The translations under genes were made by a program, and so were the position numbers. The notes beneath the pieces were generated by a model that was not told the DNA's origin, made no database searches, and worked only from the letters and a program-made list of their open reading frames with translations. This document shows, piece after piece, positions 24,248 through 38,239 of a stretch of 64,000 bases of DNA. Source of the stretch: Gracilinanus agilis (taxonomy: Eukaryota); contig NC_058133.1 of NCBI RefSeq assembly GCF_016433145.1, positions 261,563,836-261,627,835 of the forward strand. The letters are read 5' to 3'. The stretch's first letter is position 1; every line of letters starts with the position of its first letter.

Positions 24248-25217
24248 TGAAATATTGTGGATATTTATTGATGTTGTTGAGGAGGATGCTGGGGTAAAAT
24301 ACTTTGTTGATGTTCACAAAAGTATCTTTCAGCTCTCCCCTCAGAAGGAAAGCCAGGAATGACTTCCCTTCACCAGGCCAGTATGTACCTTACTTGGAGA
24401 CTATTTGCAAAAAATCTATTTACTTATATATTTATTTAGATTTAACATATATAAGTATAAGGATTAGTAACAAGGAAGCCTTAACACTAAAAGGAAACTA
24501 TCTCCACCTCATGGTGAACTCTTCTTTGTCATCCAGCTACTCTGAAACTGCCTAGCATTTATTAAAAAAAAAACCCAAACACTCTCTGACTACAATCTAA
24601 CTATAATCTTATTAAAATTAACTTAATATTATTAAAGATATTTTATAATAAATAAGGTAATAAATATAAAATATATAAAATTTTTATAATAAATAAATAT
24701 AAAATATAAAAAATAAATAAAAATAAATAGATAAAGTAAACACCAAGTCTGTCGGCCTAATATGGAAGAAGTTGGCTGACCAAAGGGTAACCCTGAGATG
24801 GCCCAGAGTCCAGGCAAACAGGCCTTCGATCTTTCTTCTCTCAGAACCATTCTCCACTAAAGCAGATCTGCCAACTTCTTTCTCCAAGATGAATTCTCAT
24901 GGTAAAGAGGGTAAGAAAACCTCTCCAGATGGTTTAGAGTTCTCTCTCCCCTAGAGAGAGCAAAGAACAAGGTCTGGGACGTCTATCTTCACCAGAAGCC
25001 AGAGAGAATTTCTCTAACTGACGCCAGTGAGTGAGTGTCCATAACTCTCCCAGCTCAGTCACCAACTGTCAGAATTTTATCTGCTTCTCACCTTCCAAAA
25101 GTTCGTGATGTCACACACAGCCCCGCTGCCTTGCCTGCAACCTCAGAGACCCTTTTTCTCAAAGTTCTTTTATCTTATCAGTACCTAATCAACAGATTTC
25201 CTAATTTCCTTACTACA
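24248..25217 (-). mobile_element. Probable solo ERV LTR (~970 bp) in a SPDEF intron, inserted into a MAR1-type SINE
   Basis: It has TG...CA ends with an imperfect 4-bp TSD (agag/atag). The MAR1 head (gcagccaggtggcgcagtgg) is on the left and continues (caggagtcagg..) on the right. There is an internal AT-rich tract at 24590-24740. Confidence 0.6.
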
Positions 25218-28200
25218 ATAGTCAGGAGTCAGGAGAACCCAGGTTAAAATCTGGTCTCAGACACTTAATAGCTGCATGATCCTGAGCAAGTAATTTAACT
25301 CAATTTGCCTCAGTTTCCTCATCTGCAAAATGAACCAGAGAAGGAAATGGCAAACTGTTCCGGTATCTCGGCCAAGAAAACCCCAAATAGGGTCATGGAG
25401 AGTCTGAAGTGACTGAACAACAATAACAAACAGATGCTGGTTATGAGATAATAAAATGTCGGTTTGCAAAGGAAAAGATCATTTGGTCCAATCCTTCCAA
25501 CAGGTCAAGATTTGAACCTTGTACCCACCAAGACCATTGATCTTTCTCCCTTATCCATAGCATCCAAAAACTCTTCAACCCCTACGAGCAAAGATGAGCT
25601 ATAGGCTAGTATAATGATACTAAAGGAAACCAGCCAGTGGACTAAGGAGTCTGGTATGGGGTCTTCAGTGGGATGGAGCTTGGCTGGTCTCTCTTCTGGC
25701 CCAGGGACTCACGTCTACCTCATAGAGATGAACACTGACCTTGAATGATAACAGTCATAGTAATAGCTACCATTCATACAGCACCTGTATGTGCCAGACA
25801 CTTTGCCAGCTTGAGGGCTGGGTCTAAAATCGGAAAGACTCATCTTCTTGAGTCCAAATCAAGGGAAACCTAGAGAAGTCATTTACCCTCCAATGAGCTG
25901 GAGAGGGAAATGGAAAACAGCTCCAGTAGCTTTGCCCTGAAAACCCCACATGGGGTAATGAAGAGTTGGACATGACTAAAGAACAATTATCATTCCCATT
26001 TTAGAAATGAGGAAACTGAAGCTACTTAGCCCAGATTTGCCCAGAGTCACACAGCTTGTAAGTTTTTGAGGCCAAATTGGAACTCGCACGTTCCCCACTC
26101 CTGCTCAAGCACTCTATCCTCTGGACCACCCAGTCGCCCCAATTTATTCAGCCTTTCTGCACCTCAACTCCTTGATCTGTAAGATGAAGATAACACTCCA
26201 CACCTGACCTAGAAGGAGAGAGTAGCTGATCAGGATCATGGGCCTGAGAGCAACATAAAAAAATTTGGCTTTCTATAGAAATATTGGTGTTATAGGGATA
26301 ACACTGGATTTGGAGCTAAAGGACCTGAGTTGGAATCCTGGCTCTGCTGTTTTTAATATCTCTGTAACTTGAGACCTCTCTCTTAACTTCTGTTTGCCTC
26401 TGTTTCCTCATCTGTAAAATGAAGGTGCTAGACAAGATGTTCTCTCTCTGCCTCCAGCAGTCTACAATTTCTGTTATTACAACATAAAAGGGCAGGTGGG
26501 GAAAGGAGGGGAGCTGAAAAATAAACAGACTATTTCACAGTTGTGCCTGGGGCTAACCTAGGTTCTGCTCCAATCCCCCTCTCCCCTCCTTTGGTCTCTG
26601 AAACTCAAAATAGGCACCCAGGAGGAGAGCCAGCCTGACCTTGGCATGGAGCCAGCGAGGTCTGGGCATCTCCTCAGAGGGATCCTTGCCTCCCGTGGCT
26701 GTCGGGTCATTCTGCTTCTCCTTCAGGGGCTTTGGGCCGGGGCTGTCTTAGATGTGGACAGAAGAATCCCCCCACCCCACCCCCACCACAACCACTCGGA
26801 GCCATCTGAAAGTAGAAGGGGTTGCCCGGGCAGGCGGGAGATTCCCCACTCCTGGGGTTCATCACACAGAGCCTGGAGGAACTCGTGCCAGGGATGTTAG
26901 AGAAGGGAACAGGTTGGACCAGATCCCCACCGAGTTCTCTTCCAGCTCTGAGGTCCTGTGATTTAGAGGCAGGGGAGGGGGTGAAAGATCTGCGGGCCCT
27001 TCCTGGGGATCCTTTCCCTTCCTCTTCTCCACCCTGTGCCCTACACAGCCTTTGTGGTTGGCAGGGAGGAGTAGGCATGGGGGCAGGGATGGCAGGAACA
27101 CAATGGGGCTCTCCTGATGAACACCCTGGTCCCAGGGGCCCAGTGCCCAGGCTCTGATGACCTGCCTCAGCTGCCCCTACTTAATCAGACCATTTTCTTG
27201 CCCATGTCAAAGCAATTTGTTCCTGTCTCCATTGTTCAGAGAACAGAGACACCTCCCTGGGAGCACCTGGGGTGGGGAGTGGGGAGGGTGGGAAAAGTCT
27301 CTGACCAGGGACACAGGCAGGGCTGGGAGCACTGATTTTGGGAGGAGGGGCCGGGACAGAGAAAGAGAGGACCAACCTGAGATCTGTGGGGAGACAGTGG
27401 GTCCCCTCCAGGGACAGGAGGAGGGCAGCTTTGAGGGGTCAAAATTTCCTGGACTCCAGGAAATATGGGAGGCACCGATGGCTCCAGAGCCCAGGCAGGG
27501 GCTGCCCTGTTCCCAGGGCAGGGAGGAGCTCAGAGTCAGTGGTTAGGGGCACTACTAGTGCAGATGGAAACTCTGGATAAGACAGGAAGGTTCAAACACA
27601 CGAGGACACAAAACTCAGGGGCTCCTTGGCTGCATCTCCTTTAAGGAATTATTTTGTATTAGATTATTGGAGCCTGATACATTTCAACAAACATTTATTC
27701 AGCCGTGCTATGTGCCAGGGGAANNNNNNNNNNNNNNNNNNNNNNNNNNNNNNNNNNNNNNNNNNNNNNNNNNNNNNNNNNNNNNNNNNNNNNNNNNNNN
27801 NNNNNNNNNNNNNNNNNNNNNNNNNNNNNNNNNNNNNNNNNNNNNNNNNNNNNNNNNNNNNNNNNNNNNNNNNNNNNNNNNNNNNNNNNNNNNNNNNNAG
27901 TCAGNNNNNNNNNNNNNNNNNNNNNNNNNNNNNNNNNNNNNNNNNNNNNNNNNNNNNNNNNNNNNNNNNNNNNNNNNNNNNNNNNNNNNNNNNNNNNNNN
28001 NNNNNNNNNNNNNNNNNNNNNNNNNNNNNNNNNNNNNNNNNNNNNNNNNNNNNNNNNNNNNNGAGAGATACAGACAGACAGATAGACAGACAGACAGAGA
28101 AACCTTTGCAAAACAGGTCTAGGATTCAAATCCTAACTTTTATGCATGCTAGCTATGAGACCCTGGGCAAGTCACTTATCTCTTATTGTACCCAGACAAC

Positions 28201-29169
28201 TCTCTCTCTTGAAAAACCCTCTGTCTTAGTATCAATTCTAAAAAAATGAGCAGCAAGGACTAGGCAATGGGGGTTAAGGGAATTGCTCGGGAGCCTACAA
28301 CTAGGAAATGTCTGAGGTCACATTTAAACTCAGGTCCTCCCATTTTCAGGCCTGGCTCTCAGTCCACTGAACTACCCAGCTGCCCCTTAGCAACACTCTA
28401 AGATAGGAGTACCTAACCTTGATTTTCTTGCCTTTTTTTTTTTTTTTTTTTTAAATATCACTGACTCCTTCAGTTGTCTGGCCAAGCCAAGCCTATGAAC
28501 CCCTTTCTCAGAATAATATTTTTACACAATTGAAGGAAATATTGACTTTCAGTCCCCCCTCCCCCTTCACAAGGTCCCTGAAATCTATCCCTGGGGCCCG
28601 TTTTTGAGGGGAGGGGGCCTGCAGACCCCAGGCTAAGAATCCTCTACTCCAAGACTTTGAGCAGCTCTAGATCTGCCCTGATGGAGGGAATATTAATGAG
28701 ATCACAGATTCTTTTCCTTTTTTCTTTTTTAAGTGCTGGTTATACAAGGATGGAGAAGAAGCCGGTTTGTGTCCTTGGGGATCTCAGTCAAAGGGAAATC
28801 TGACTTGGAGACAAGTAAGTATGACACAAAGCAGAGTGGGAGAAAGGTAAAGGGAGAGAGGGATGGAGAACCAGCAGAGAACACGAGGAAGGAGACTTCT
28901 CAGCAGCAGCAGCAGGGAGCCCAGAAGGATTCAGAGAGAAGCCAGAACCTAAGCCAGATGGCCCAGTGTAGCCCCCAATAGTGAGAGCAGGCCCCAGGAA
29001 AATAACAGCTGTAGCTTAGAAGTAGTCAGACTCGTAGCTTCCCCCCAACCCCAGCATGAGGACTTAATCTAATTCTTCCCCAAATACTAAATGTCCTTCC
29101 AAGAAATTACTGATGCAAGAATTCTATGAGAAACTTAGCCAGGTATTACACATTGACGTATTGATTTAT

Positions 29170-29385
29170 GTCATTGGGCCTGGAGTCAGAAAGAGCTGAG
29201 TTCAAATCCAGCCTCAAACATTTAGCTAGCTGTGTGCCCCCAGGCAAGTCACTTCACCTTGTTGGCCTCGGTTTCCTCATCTGTAAAATGAGCCAGAGAA
29301 GGAAATGACAAACCACTCTAGTGTCTCTGCCAAGAAAACCCAAAGGAGTCAGAAAGACTCAGACACAACTGAAGAGCAACAACAA
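29170..29385 (+). mobile_element. MAR1-type CORE-SINE (representative; also ~2390-2622, 16190-16460, 17507-17760, 22250-22505, 25240-25430, 31310-31980, 32880-33120, 37015-37280, 42150-42545, 61095-61320, 62740-62910)
   Basis: It has the CORE region plus the RTE-type tail gagaaggaaatg(g/a)caaaccactc.agt.tct.tgccaagaaaacccc...gactgaa.aacaacaa. Confidence 0.85.
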
Positions 29386-30451
29386 AAATTCACCCTCATT
29401 GTGTGTCCCAGTCCTGCTAATTCTCCCTTCACTACCTCTCTCAAACATCCCTTTTTCTTCTCTACTGCGGTGCAGACCCTCACCATATCACACCTGGCCT
29501 CTGGTTGCTTCTTATTCCAAGTCTCTCCAACTCCAATCAATCAGCCACCCAACTGTCAAACTGATCTTCAAGTTCAGTTCGGACTGACCTCTTACTCAAT
29601 AAAGTCCAGTGGCTCCCTATCACCTCCAGGATCAAAGAGAAAATCCTCTGGGTGGTATTCAAAGCCCCTCATAAATAGATCTCTTCCTATCTTTCTAGTC
29701 TTATACCTTTTTTTTTTTTTTTAACTTTTAATTTCTGTCATAGAATCAGTTCCGTGTATTGGTTCCAAGGCAGAAGAGCTGGAAGGGTTAGGCAATAGGG
29801 GTTAAGTGACTTGCCCAGGGTCACACAGCTAGGAGGTGTCTGAGGCTAGATTTGAACCTCCCCTCTCCAGGCCTGGTTCTCCATCCACTGAGCCACCCAG
29901 CTGCCCTGGGGCCATTTTTTTTTCCCTTTGGCTCCCAAGTCTAACCCACTTTCCACTGAATTATAAGAGAAGCAGAGATTTAGAATGCCACATAAAAGGG
30001 ACGCAACAAAGGCAGCTTCCATATTCCGTCCCACTCGGGCACATATTTTAGGGCCAGAAAAGCCCTGTTTTCTGTCGCTAGATGGTTTTTATTCTATGAA
30101 AGGTGAAGACTCGGGCTCCAGAAAAGGCTCGAAGGAAGTAACTGGCAGTAACTGCGCAAACTGCAGACCTTGGCCCAGCTCTGCTTAGGGCGAGCCATCG
30201 CTCAGCCTAGCCGCTAGCGACCTTGTGGTTGTTCCTCTGGCTGAGCCGTGCCATCATCCACACGGAAGGACGGAAGGCAGCCAGAAGTACTGGTTTGGGA
30301 AGCCGGTGGGAGGACCCAAGAAGGCGCCCAGTCGGAGTGGAGAAAAGAGTCAGGAGGCTGATAGAGCGGCGGGAGGACAGCCAGACAAGATGGCTGACCT
30401 ACCCAAGGGACAAAGCAATTGTGAAACTCCCAGAAAAAAAAAAAGCATGGG

Positions 30452-30577
30452 ATATTGGGGGGGGGGGGGGTGAAGGGGAAAGTAAAAACATGAATCATGT
30501 AACCATGGATAACTTCTAAAAAATAAAATATTTAAATCTTAAAAAAAAAAAAAGAAGGAAGCAGAAAAAAATAAAAG
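30452..30577 (+). mobile_element. Very short L1 3' end insertion
   Basis: It has the same gtgaaggggaaagta..catgaatcatgtaaccatgg words as 121-478 and an A tail. A 13-bp TSD, aaaaaagcatggg, lies at 30439-30451 and 30578-30590. Confidence 0.8.
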
Positions 30578-30769
30578 AAAAAAGCATGGGTGGCAAGAGA
30601 AAGAGAGGGTGGCTAGGCGGATAGAGGAAGCGTCTGGAGTCAGGACAGACCTGAGTTCAAAACCCACCTCAGGCTGAGATCCTCAGATCTAGCCTTGCAA
30701 ACATCGTCGTACTCCAGAGAAAGAACTGTTGGAGTCGGAATGTAGATGGAAGCGTAGGATTTTTCAGTT

Positions 30770-31020
30770 GTTTTTCTGGGTTTATGTTTTGGGGTTTGGG
30801 TTTTATAAGATGACTCACTTAACAAAATGAACAAGATGGAAATACGGTTTGCGTGATAATACATGTATAACCCAGATCCAATCGTCCGCCAGCTCCCGGA
30901 AAGGGAAGAGAAGGGAGGGAGGGAGATGAGTTCGATGGTATAACTTGGGGAAACTTGTGTGGAAATTTGTTATTCCACGTCATTGGTAATAAATAAGTAA
31001 AATGAATTAATACATTTTTT
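30770..31020 (+). mobile_element. Older L1 3'-UTR fragment
   Basis: It is homologous by eye to 53540-53770 (gtgataa..catgtataacccag..ttgc..gggaagggg..) and has an A-rich end. Confidence 0.6.
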
Positions 31021-32479
31021 TTAAACCTGGGAGGAACTCAGGTTCCACTGGACATGTAAAATCTTAAAGAATAAAAAGATTCAACAGGCTACCATTCCCA
31101 TCGTGCTAAATTCTTCTGCTCCTTCTCTCTGTCAAGTCCCAAACTCTTTTCTTCTGAACTAGTTATGAGACGTCTGCGTGGCCTGAACCCAAACACCTGC
31201 AGTGACAATACCATTGCTGAGAGGAAAATTGTTTTCCACACCCTCTGCCCCTCCATTTCCACTTACCAGCTCCTGAGATTACCTAGTAAAGTTAGTTAAA
31301 TTGAAAAAAAAAAAACTCACAAACTTTCTAGCTTTGTGACTCGGGGCAAGTCATTTCACCCCATTTGCCTCAATTTCCTCATCTGCAAGATGAGTGGGAA
31401 AAGGAAATGGCAGACCGCTCCAATATCTTTGCCAAGAAAACCCCAAATAGCTTCCTAGCTGTGCAACCCTGGGCAAGTGACTTCACCTGGTTTATCTCAG
31501 TTTCCTCATCTTTAAAATGAACTGGAAAAGGAAATGGCAAGCTTCTCCAGTGTCCCTGCCAAGAAAACCCCAAATGAAGTCACAAAGAGTTGGATGACTG
31601 AAAAATGACTAAACAAAAATAAATAAAACAAGGAAAGAACACACTGTATTTGGAGTCAGAAGGTTTGGGTACAAATCCAGCTTTGCTGAACCTTATGAGC
31701 CCATTTGGTACATTATCTATGTGACCCTGGACAAGTTCTCATTGTTGTTCAGTCATTCCAGGCAAGTCCAATTCTTTGTGACACTATTTGAGGTTTCATG
31801 GCAAAGATCCTGGAATGGTTTTCCATTTCCTTCTCCAGCTTATTTTACAGATGAGGAAACTGAGGCAAAAAGGGATAAGTGACTTGCCATGGGGCACACA
31901 GGTAGTGGTTTGCCATTTCCTTCTCCAGCTCATTTTACAAATGAGGAAACTGAGGCAAATATACCTCATTGCTATTCAGTGATTCAGTGGTTCACTGGTT
32001 CAGCTGGTGATTCAGTGGATAGAATGCTGAGCCTGGAGTCAGGAAGTCTTGAATTTAATTTTTTTTTAAATTTTAATCCTTACCTTCTATCTTAGAATAT
32101 TAGTTACTAATTCCAAGGGCTAGGCAATTGGGGTTAAAAGTAACTTACCCAGAGCCATAAGGCTAAGAAATGTCTGAGACTAAATGTGAACCCAGGACTT
32201 CCCAGTCTCCAGGCTTCTCGCTATATCCACTGAGCCACCTAGTTGCCCTCTGAGTTCAAGTCTAACCTCAGGTGCTTCCTAGCTGTGTCTCCCTTGTCAC
32301 TCAACCCGTTTGCCTCAACTTCCTCAACTGCTAAAATGTGGATAATAACAGCATCTCCCTTGTAGGTCTGTTGTGAAGATCAAATGACTAAATATTAATT
32401 GAAAGCACTTAGCATAATGCCTGGCACACAGTAAGTGCTTTCTTTGCCCCCCCACCCCTTCAGCTCTAAATCTGAAGTG

Positions 32480-33374
32480 ATTCATTTAATCAACCAGCCT
32501 TTGGTAAAAGCCATGCAACGACCAAAAAACAAAGCAGTGCCTGCTCTTCAGAAGTTTCCATTCTCCTGGGAGGAAACAACCTATTTCTTCTAGGAGGAAA
32601 TAACAGACAAGTTGGTGAAAACTATTTACAAAGAAATTAAAAGTAATTTTAGAGGAAGCCTCAAAGACTAAGAAGAATCAGGAAATGTCTTGTCTTGGAG
32701 GTAACACTTGAACTGAGCCTCAAAAGGAGCTGGAGATTTCAAGACATAGAGGTGAGGTAGGATCAAATGCCAGGATAATCTGGGCAAAGGCACAGAGACT
32801 GAGATGGAATGTCATGTACAGGGAACCAGTCTGACTGGATCATAAAGAATATGAGGAGGACTGTTGCGAGATGAAGTAAGTAAAGCAGTGGATAGAACAT
32901 CAGGACTGGAGTCAAAAAGGATATGAGTTCAAATCCAGCCTCAGACACTTCCTAGCTCTATGATCCTAGGCAAGTCACTTCACCCTGCTTGCCTCAGTTT
33001 CCTCATCTGTAAAATAAACTAGAGAAGGAAATGGCAAATCACTCCAGTATACTTGCCAAGAAAACCCCAAATGGGGTCAGGAAGAGTCGGACATGACTGA
33101 CTGAAAGGACTGAATGACAATAATGTGAGATGAATCTGGAAAAAGAGATAGGAATCAGATAATTAAAATGCCAGACTGGGGAATGGGCATTTTATCCTGG
33201 AGGCAATAGGCAGCCATTGACATTTTCTGAGAAGGAGAGTGCCATGATTAAACCTGTGTTTCAAAACGATTACCATTTTGGCAGCTTTGTGGAAGTCAGA
33301 TTAGAGGGGAAGAGACTGGAGGCAAAGAGAATAATCAGAAGTCCAGTCTAGAAGGAATGAAGCTTGCACTAGGG

Positions 33375-33424
<50 letters not shown>

Positions 33425-35700
33425 AGAAAGGAACAGAGAGAGGAGATGTTGTTGAGATAGAATGAGCAAGAATTAGAAACTGGATAGACAGAGAGGGTAA
33501 AGGACAGCGAAAAGAAGAGTCTAGCATAACTGTGAGGTTATAAGTTTGAGTGACTAGAAGAGTTGTCAGAAACAGGGAAAATAGGTGGAGGGATGGGTTG
33601 ATGGGAAGAGATAATAAGCTCTCTTTTGGATATGTAGAATGAATCTCAGGATGCCTTATGGGGCATTGGAGATGTCCAACAGGTCAATCAATAAATATTT
33701 ATGAAGCACCAATTATGAGCTAGTCACTGCTAACTGCTGGCAATATGAAAAGAGGTAGGTGATTGGTGATATGAGCCTGAAGCTCAGGAGAGAGACAAGG
33801 TCTGAATATATAGAACTGGGAATGATCTCATAGAGATGATCATTGAGCCACTAACAGTGTTGGCGAAGATGTGGCACGTGTGCAGAGTCGGCACTCAGGG
33901 AGCTGCTCCATTCCCCCTCTTCCCAGCACTTGGGGACTTTTTTTTTTTTTAAACCCTTGTACTTCGGTGTATTGTCTCATAGGTGGAAGATTGGTAAGGG
34001 TGGGCAATGGGGGTCAAGTGACTTGCCCAGGGTCACACAGCTGGAAGTGGCTGAGGCCAGGTTTGAACCTAGGACCTCCTGTCTCTAGGCCTGACTCTCA
34101 CTCCACTGAGCTACCCAGCTGCCCCACCTGGGGACATTTTTTGCATGGCCCATCTCTCTGTCCAGCTGCCCAAAGCAAGCACTTTCTCCCTCAACTCTCC
34201 ATTATCTGGGGGCTCACAGACAGCTTGAGTTTGCCCTCTTGGCACTCGAACTCTGAAAATGTTTGCCAACAAGACATGAGGTTGGCAAGAGAGAGTATAT
34301 ATATATATAGAGAGAAAAGAGGGTCCAGGGTAGAACTTTGAGGGATACACATGGCAGAATCTATGTGATGATCTAGCAAAGGATTCTGAGAATCAGAAGC
34401 CAGGTGGGAGGAGAATTACGGAAGAGAATTGTCACATAAACCCAGAAAAGAGGAGGCAGCTAGAAGGCTCAGGCAATGGAAAGCCAGACCCAGAGACAGA
34501 AGGTCCTGAGTTCAAATGTGGTCTCAGACACTTCCTAGCTGTGTGACCCTGGGCAGGTCTTTGTCTAGTTTTACTGCTCTTCTGTCTTGGAACCAATACA
34601 TAGTATTGGTTCTAAGATGGAAGGTAATAATTTCAAAAAAAAAAAAAAGAAAAAGAAAAAGAAAAAGAAACTTAGAAAAGAGAGACTATCCAGGAGGAAG
34701 GGTTGTTCATCAGATGCTTTAGAAAACTCAAGGAGGATACGGAATGAGAGAAATTTCAGTAATTAATACTAGTAAGTAATTAAAAGACTATTAGTAAACA
34801 TAAAAGAGACTAGCTCAATTGTGTGATGAGATTAGAAACTACATTAGAAGAGGCAGAGAAATGAGGGGAGAGGAAAGGGAAGAAATATATTGGAAAATAG
34901 CTTGAGGAGATGGTAGGGTCAAGTGAAAGTTTTTTAAGAGTGAAGAAGATCTGGCCATGTTGATGAGCATCAGAGAAGGAGCCAGTAGATAGGAAGAAAC
35001 TGAAGATTAGAAATTGAGCAAAGATAATCAAGGTGGCAGCTTACCAAAGGAGGAGGCAAATGGGCAAAAACAGGGTTAGCCCTGGTGAGAAGAGCCACCT
35101 CTTCATCAGGGGTTGGAGCAAAGAAGAGTATAGAGGGGAATCTAGGTGGCTCAGTGGATTGAGAGCCAGGCCTAGAAACTAAAGGTCCTGGGTTCAAGTC
35201 TGACCTCAAACACTTCCTAGCTGTGTAACTCTCTTAACGCCCACTGCCTAGCCCTCACCACTCTTCTGCCTTGGAACCAATACACAGTATCAATTCTAAG
35301 ACAGAGGGTAAGAATTGTTTTTGTTTTTGTTTTAAGAAGAGAATAGGAAATGATGACAGGAGGTTTTGAGGTATAGAATGGGGGGGAGGAGAAAGAAAGG
35401 TTATAGCAAAATGATTTATATTTTGAAATGAAGTCCTCTGCTGAGAGAAATAAGAGGCTTGAGCAGAGACTTTGAAATAGCCACTGTGGGCATCATGAAG
35501 GAATCAGTTAAGGAAAAAAAGAAGGATTGCCATACAGTGTTGAGAGGCTTGCTGAGGTCAAATAACATAATTTGGAGTGAACTCGGTCCACATGGTATGT
35601 GATTTCTTCCAGGACTATTAGGCAAATGCAAGAGGAGGGTAACTAGGGGAAAGCTTTGAAAGCGATAAACTGAGTCAGGATAAATATGATTGTTTGGGAG
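32480..35700 (-). mobile_element. Long decayed L2 LINE interrupted by MAR1, several SINE1 copies and a (TG)n tract
   Basis: The reverse complement near 33780-33850 has the L2 words atcatctctatg..gat..cccagttctatatattcag..ctctctcctgagcttcag. Boundaries are approximate. Confidence 0.65.
33378..33420. repeat. (GT)n microsatellite
   Basis: Directly visible. Confidence 0.95.
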
Positions 35701-38239
35701 CATAGGAGGAACAATTGGCAGGGGTAATGCTACCTATACTACAAATACTAGACTACATTATATCCTCTCTCTCTTTCTCTCTCCCTCTTTCTCTCTATTC
35801 TATCAATCTGTCTATAAACATAAAAACTATACTACATAAGTAGTACACTACAAATACTACAAATAATAATATTATTCCAACCCTCTAAGATTTTCAAAAT
35901 GTTTCCTTTACAGCAACTTGATGAGAAGAACACTGGATTTGGAGCCCAAAGACTTCAAAATTCAAATGCAGATTCTAAAGCTTACTACCTGCGTGGTCAT
36001 GGACAGACAACTTTATTCTTTGAGCCTCAGTTTCCTCATGTATAAAATGAGGATAATAAGATTTACACTGCCTCCTACACAAGAATGCAGAGAAGAAACC
36101 AGTCTCTAAACATTAGGGAACCAGATAACTCGTGCTATAAGTTATTATTATTAATGAGCAGCTAGATATCGCAGTGGATAGAGCATTGGATCTGGAGTCA
36201 GGAAAACATGAGTTCAAATCTGGCTTCAAAAGTGTCTTAGTTGTGTGACTCTGGGCAGGTCATTTAATTCTGTTTGTCTCTATTTCCTCATTTGTAAAAT
36301 GAGCTGCAGAAGGAAATGGCAAGCCACTCCAGTATCTTTTCTTTCTTTCTTTTTGGAATCAATACTAAGTATAAGTCAAAGAGCAATAAGGGCTGGGTTA
36401 TTGGGAATAAGTGACTTGCCCAGAGCCACACAGCTAGGAAGTGTCTGAGACCAAATTTGAACACAGGTCCTCCCCATCTCCAGGCCTGGCTCTCTACCCA
36501 CTGAGCTACCTAGCTCCACTATCTTTTCCAATAAAAAAAAAAAAAAACCCAAACAAACCCAAATGCGGAGTCAGGAGTCAGATGTGATTGAACAACAATT
36601 GTTATTAATTATAACAACAACAGAAATTACAGGAACAATAATCATAGGGCAGAGCTATTGAGTTCAGACTTATGCTGTTATTAATGGCTAATTAGGTGAT
36701 CTTAGGCTTGGTCCCAGGCTTTTTTCCTTCTATAAAACTTTTGTTTTTATTCCTATCCCTTAAGAAAGAAATCCTTTTTAAAAAAATACAATGCTATATC
36801 TTGCACTATGGGGAAAAAGAACAGGAGAGGCAAGGAATAGTAGCAGCAATAAGGAGAGATAATGAAGTGGTTGCACTCTTACATCTTTGGGATACCTGCA
36901 AGTAAAGGTTAAGTGGAATGAGAGCCCCTAGCTGGTGGTGAGCTTGGCTCATCTTCTCTCTCATCTGGATCATACTTCACCCCATATGTCTTCATTTCTC
37001 CAGTATTTTTATATTATTGTTGTCGTTCAGTCATTTTTCAATCATGTCCAACTCTTCCTGACCAACTTGGTATTTTCCTGGCAAAGATATTGCAGTGGTT
37101 TGCCATTTCCTTCTTCAGGTCATTTTACAGATGAGGAAACTGAGGCAAACGGGGTGAAGTGACTTGCCCAGGGGCACACAGCTAGTAAATGTCTGAGACC
37201 AGATTTGAACTTGAGAAGATGAGACTTTCTGACTCCATTCCTGCTGCTGCTCTATCCACTGGACCACTTAGCTACCCAGGGGTATTTGCATTAAATGATT
37301 GAAAGAGAAATGAAGTCACAAACGCATGGAGATACCCAGGTCCATGTCAACACCCAGAAAACAGATGCTCCAACATTGCCTTTCTCTAAACTGACACAAA
37401 ACCCTCCAGAGTTGCCAACTTGTCAGTCTGACACATTTCACAACTCACATCGATATAACTGCATTAAGGTTTCAGCATTTCCTTGGTCTCTGGAGCTGGA
37501 AGGGGCCTCAGCGGTGCCAATCGGTCTCATTTTGTAAAAAAGAGGAAATCAGGGCTGAGAGAGGCAAAGATCTCACACAAACCCCCCGGAACAGCTGAGA
37601 TTCCTGCACTGTTCTTGTGACTAAATCTGACCCTCTCTGCATTACACCTCGGTCCGCCCTTCCTCCCCACCCCCCCCATGAAGCAAGGCAGGGCAAGTAT
37701 TCTTTATCCCTATTTTATAGGATCTTTATAGCACAAAGAGACCCAACATCACCCAGCTCGGTAAATAACAGAGTGGGGGCTTGAAGCCAGGTTTTCTGAC
37801 CCCATTACCAGTGCTCTTTCAAACACGCCACACGGCGCAGATAGTGCAGAATTGCCAAGTGGCAGGGCTCAGGAATCTTATCCAGAGCTCTCCTTAATCT
37901 AACCAGAGACCAGCATAGCTTCTGGAACTACCTAGCCCAGTCTAAAGTCTCTGGGTCTAGGGACTCTGGGGTGTGGCATGAATTAGAAGGCACTGAAAAA
38001 AGAGTCCAGCTAGGACTGGGGTTGGGGTTCTGCTGAAGGAATGGATTCCACTCTTGTCTGGGGTGGTTTCTTCAAGCTCCTCAATGGGGAACATTAGGTC
38101 ACACATCAAGAGTAGACTGCAATAGGAAAAAGAAGTCTCAAATGGGGGCAATTTAGGGGAGGGCATAAAAAAAGGCAATAAGTTAGCTCCCACAATGGAT
38201 CTCAGTTCCCTCCTTTAAAAAAAAAAAGTAAGAAGATTT

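Noticed and set aside
27233-27245. TGTTC-aga-GAACA palindrome as an androgen response element
   Set aside because: The half-sites are everted relative to the canonical AGAACAnnnTGTTCT, and a motif this short is expected by chance.
27899-27904. Six called bases (agtcag) isolated between two N runs
   Set aside because: This is an assembly or gap-filling artefact and carries no biological information.
27626-28249. Longest ORFs in the track (up to 207 aa)
   Set aside because: They run through N gaps. The same applies to the ORFs at 3377, 8868, 9041 and 13304.
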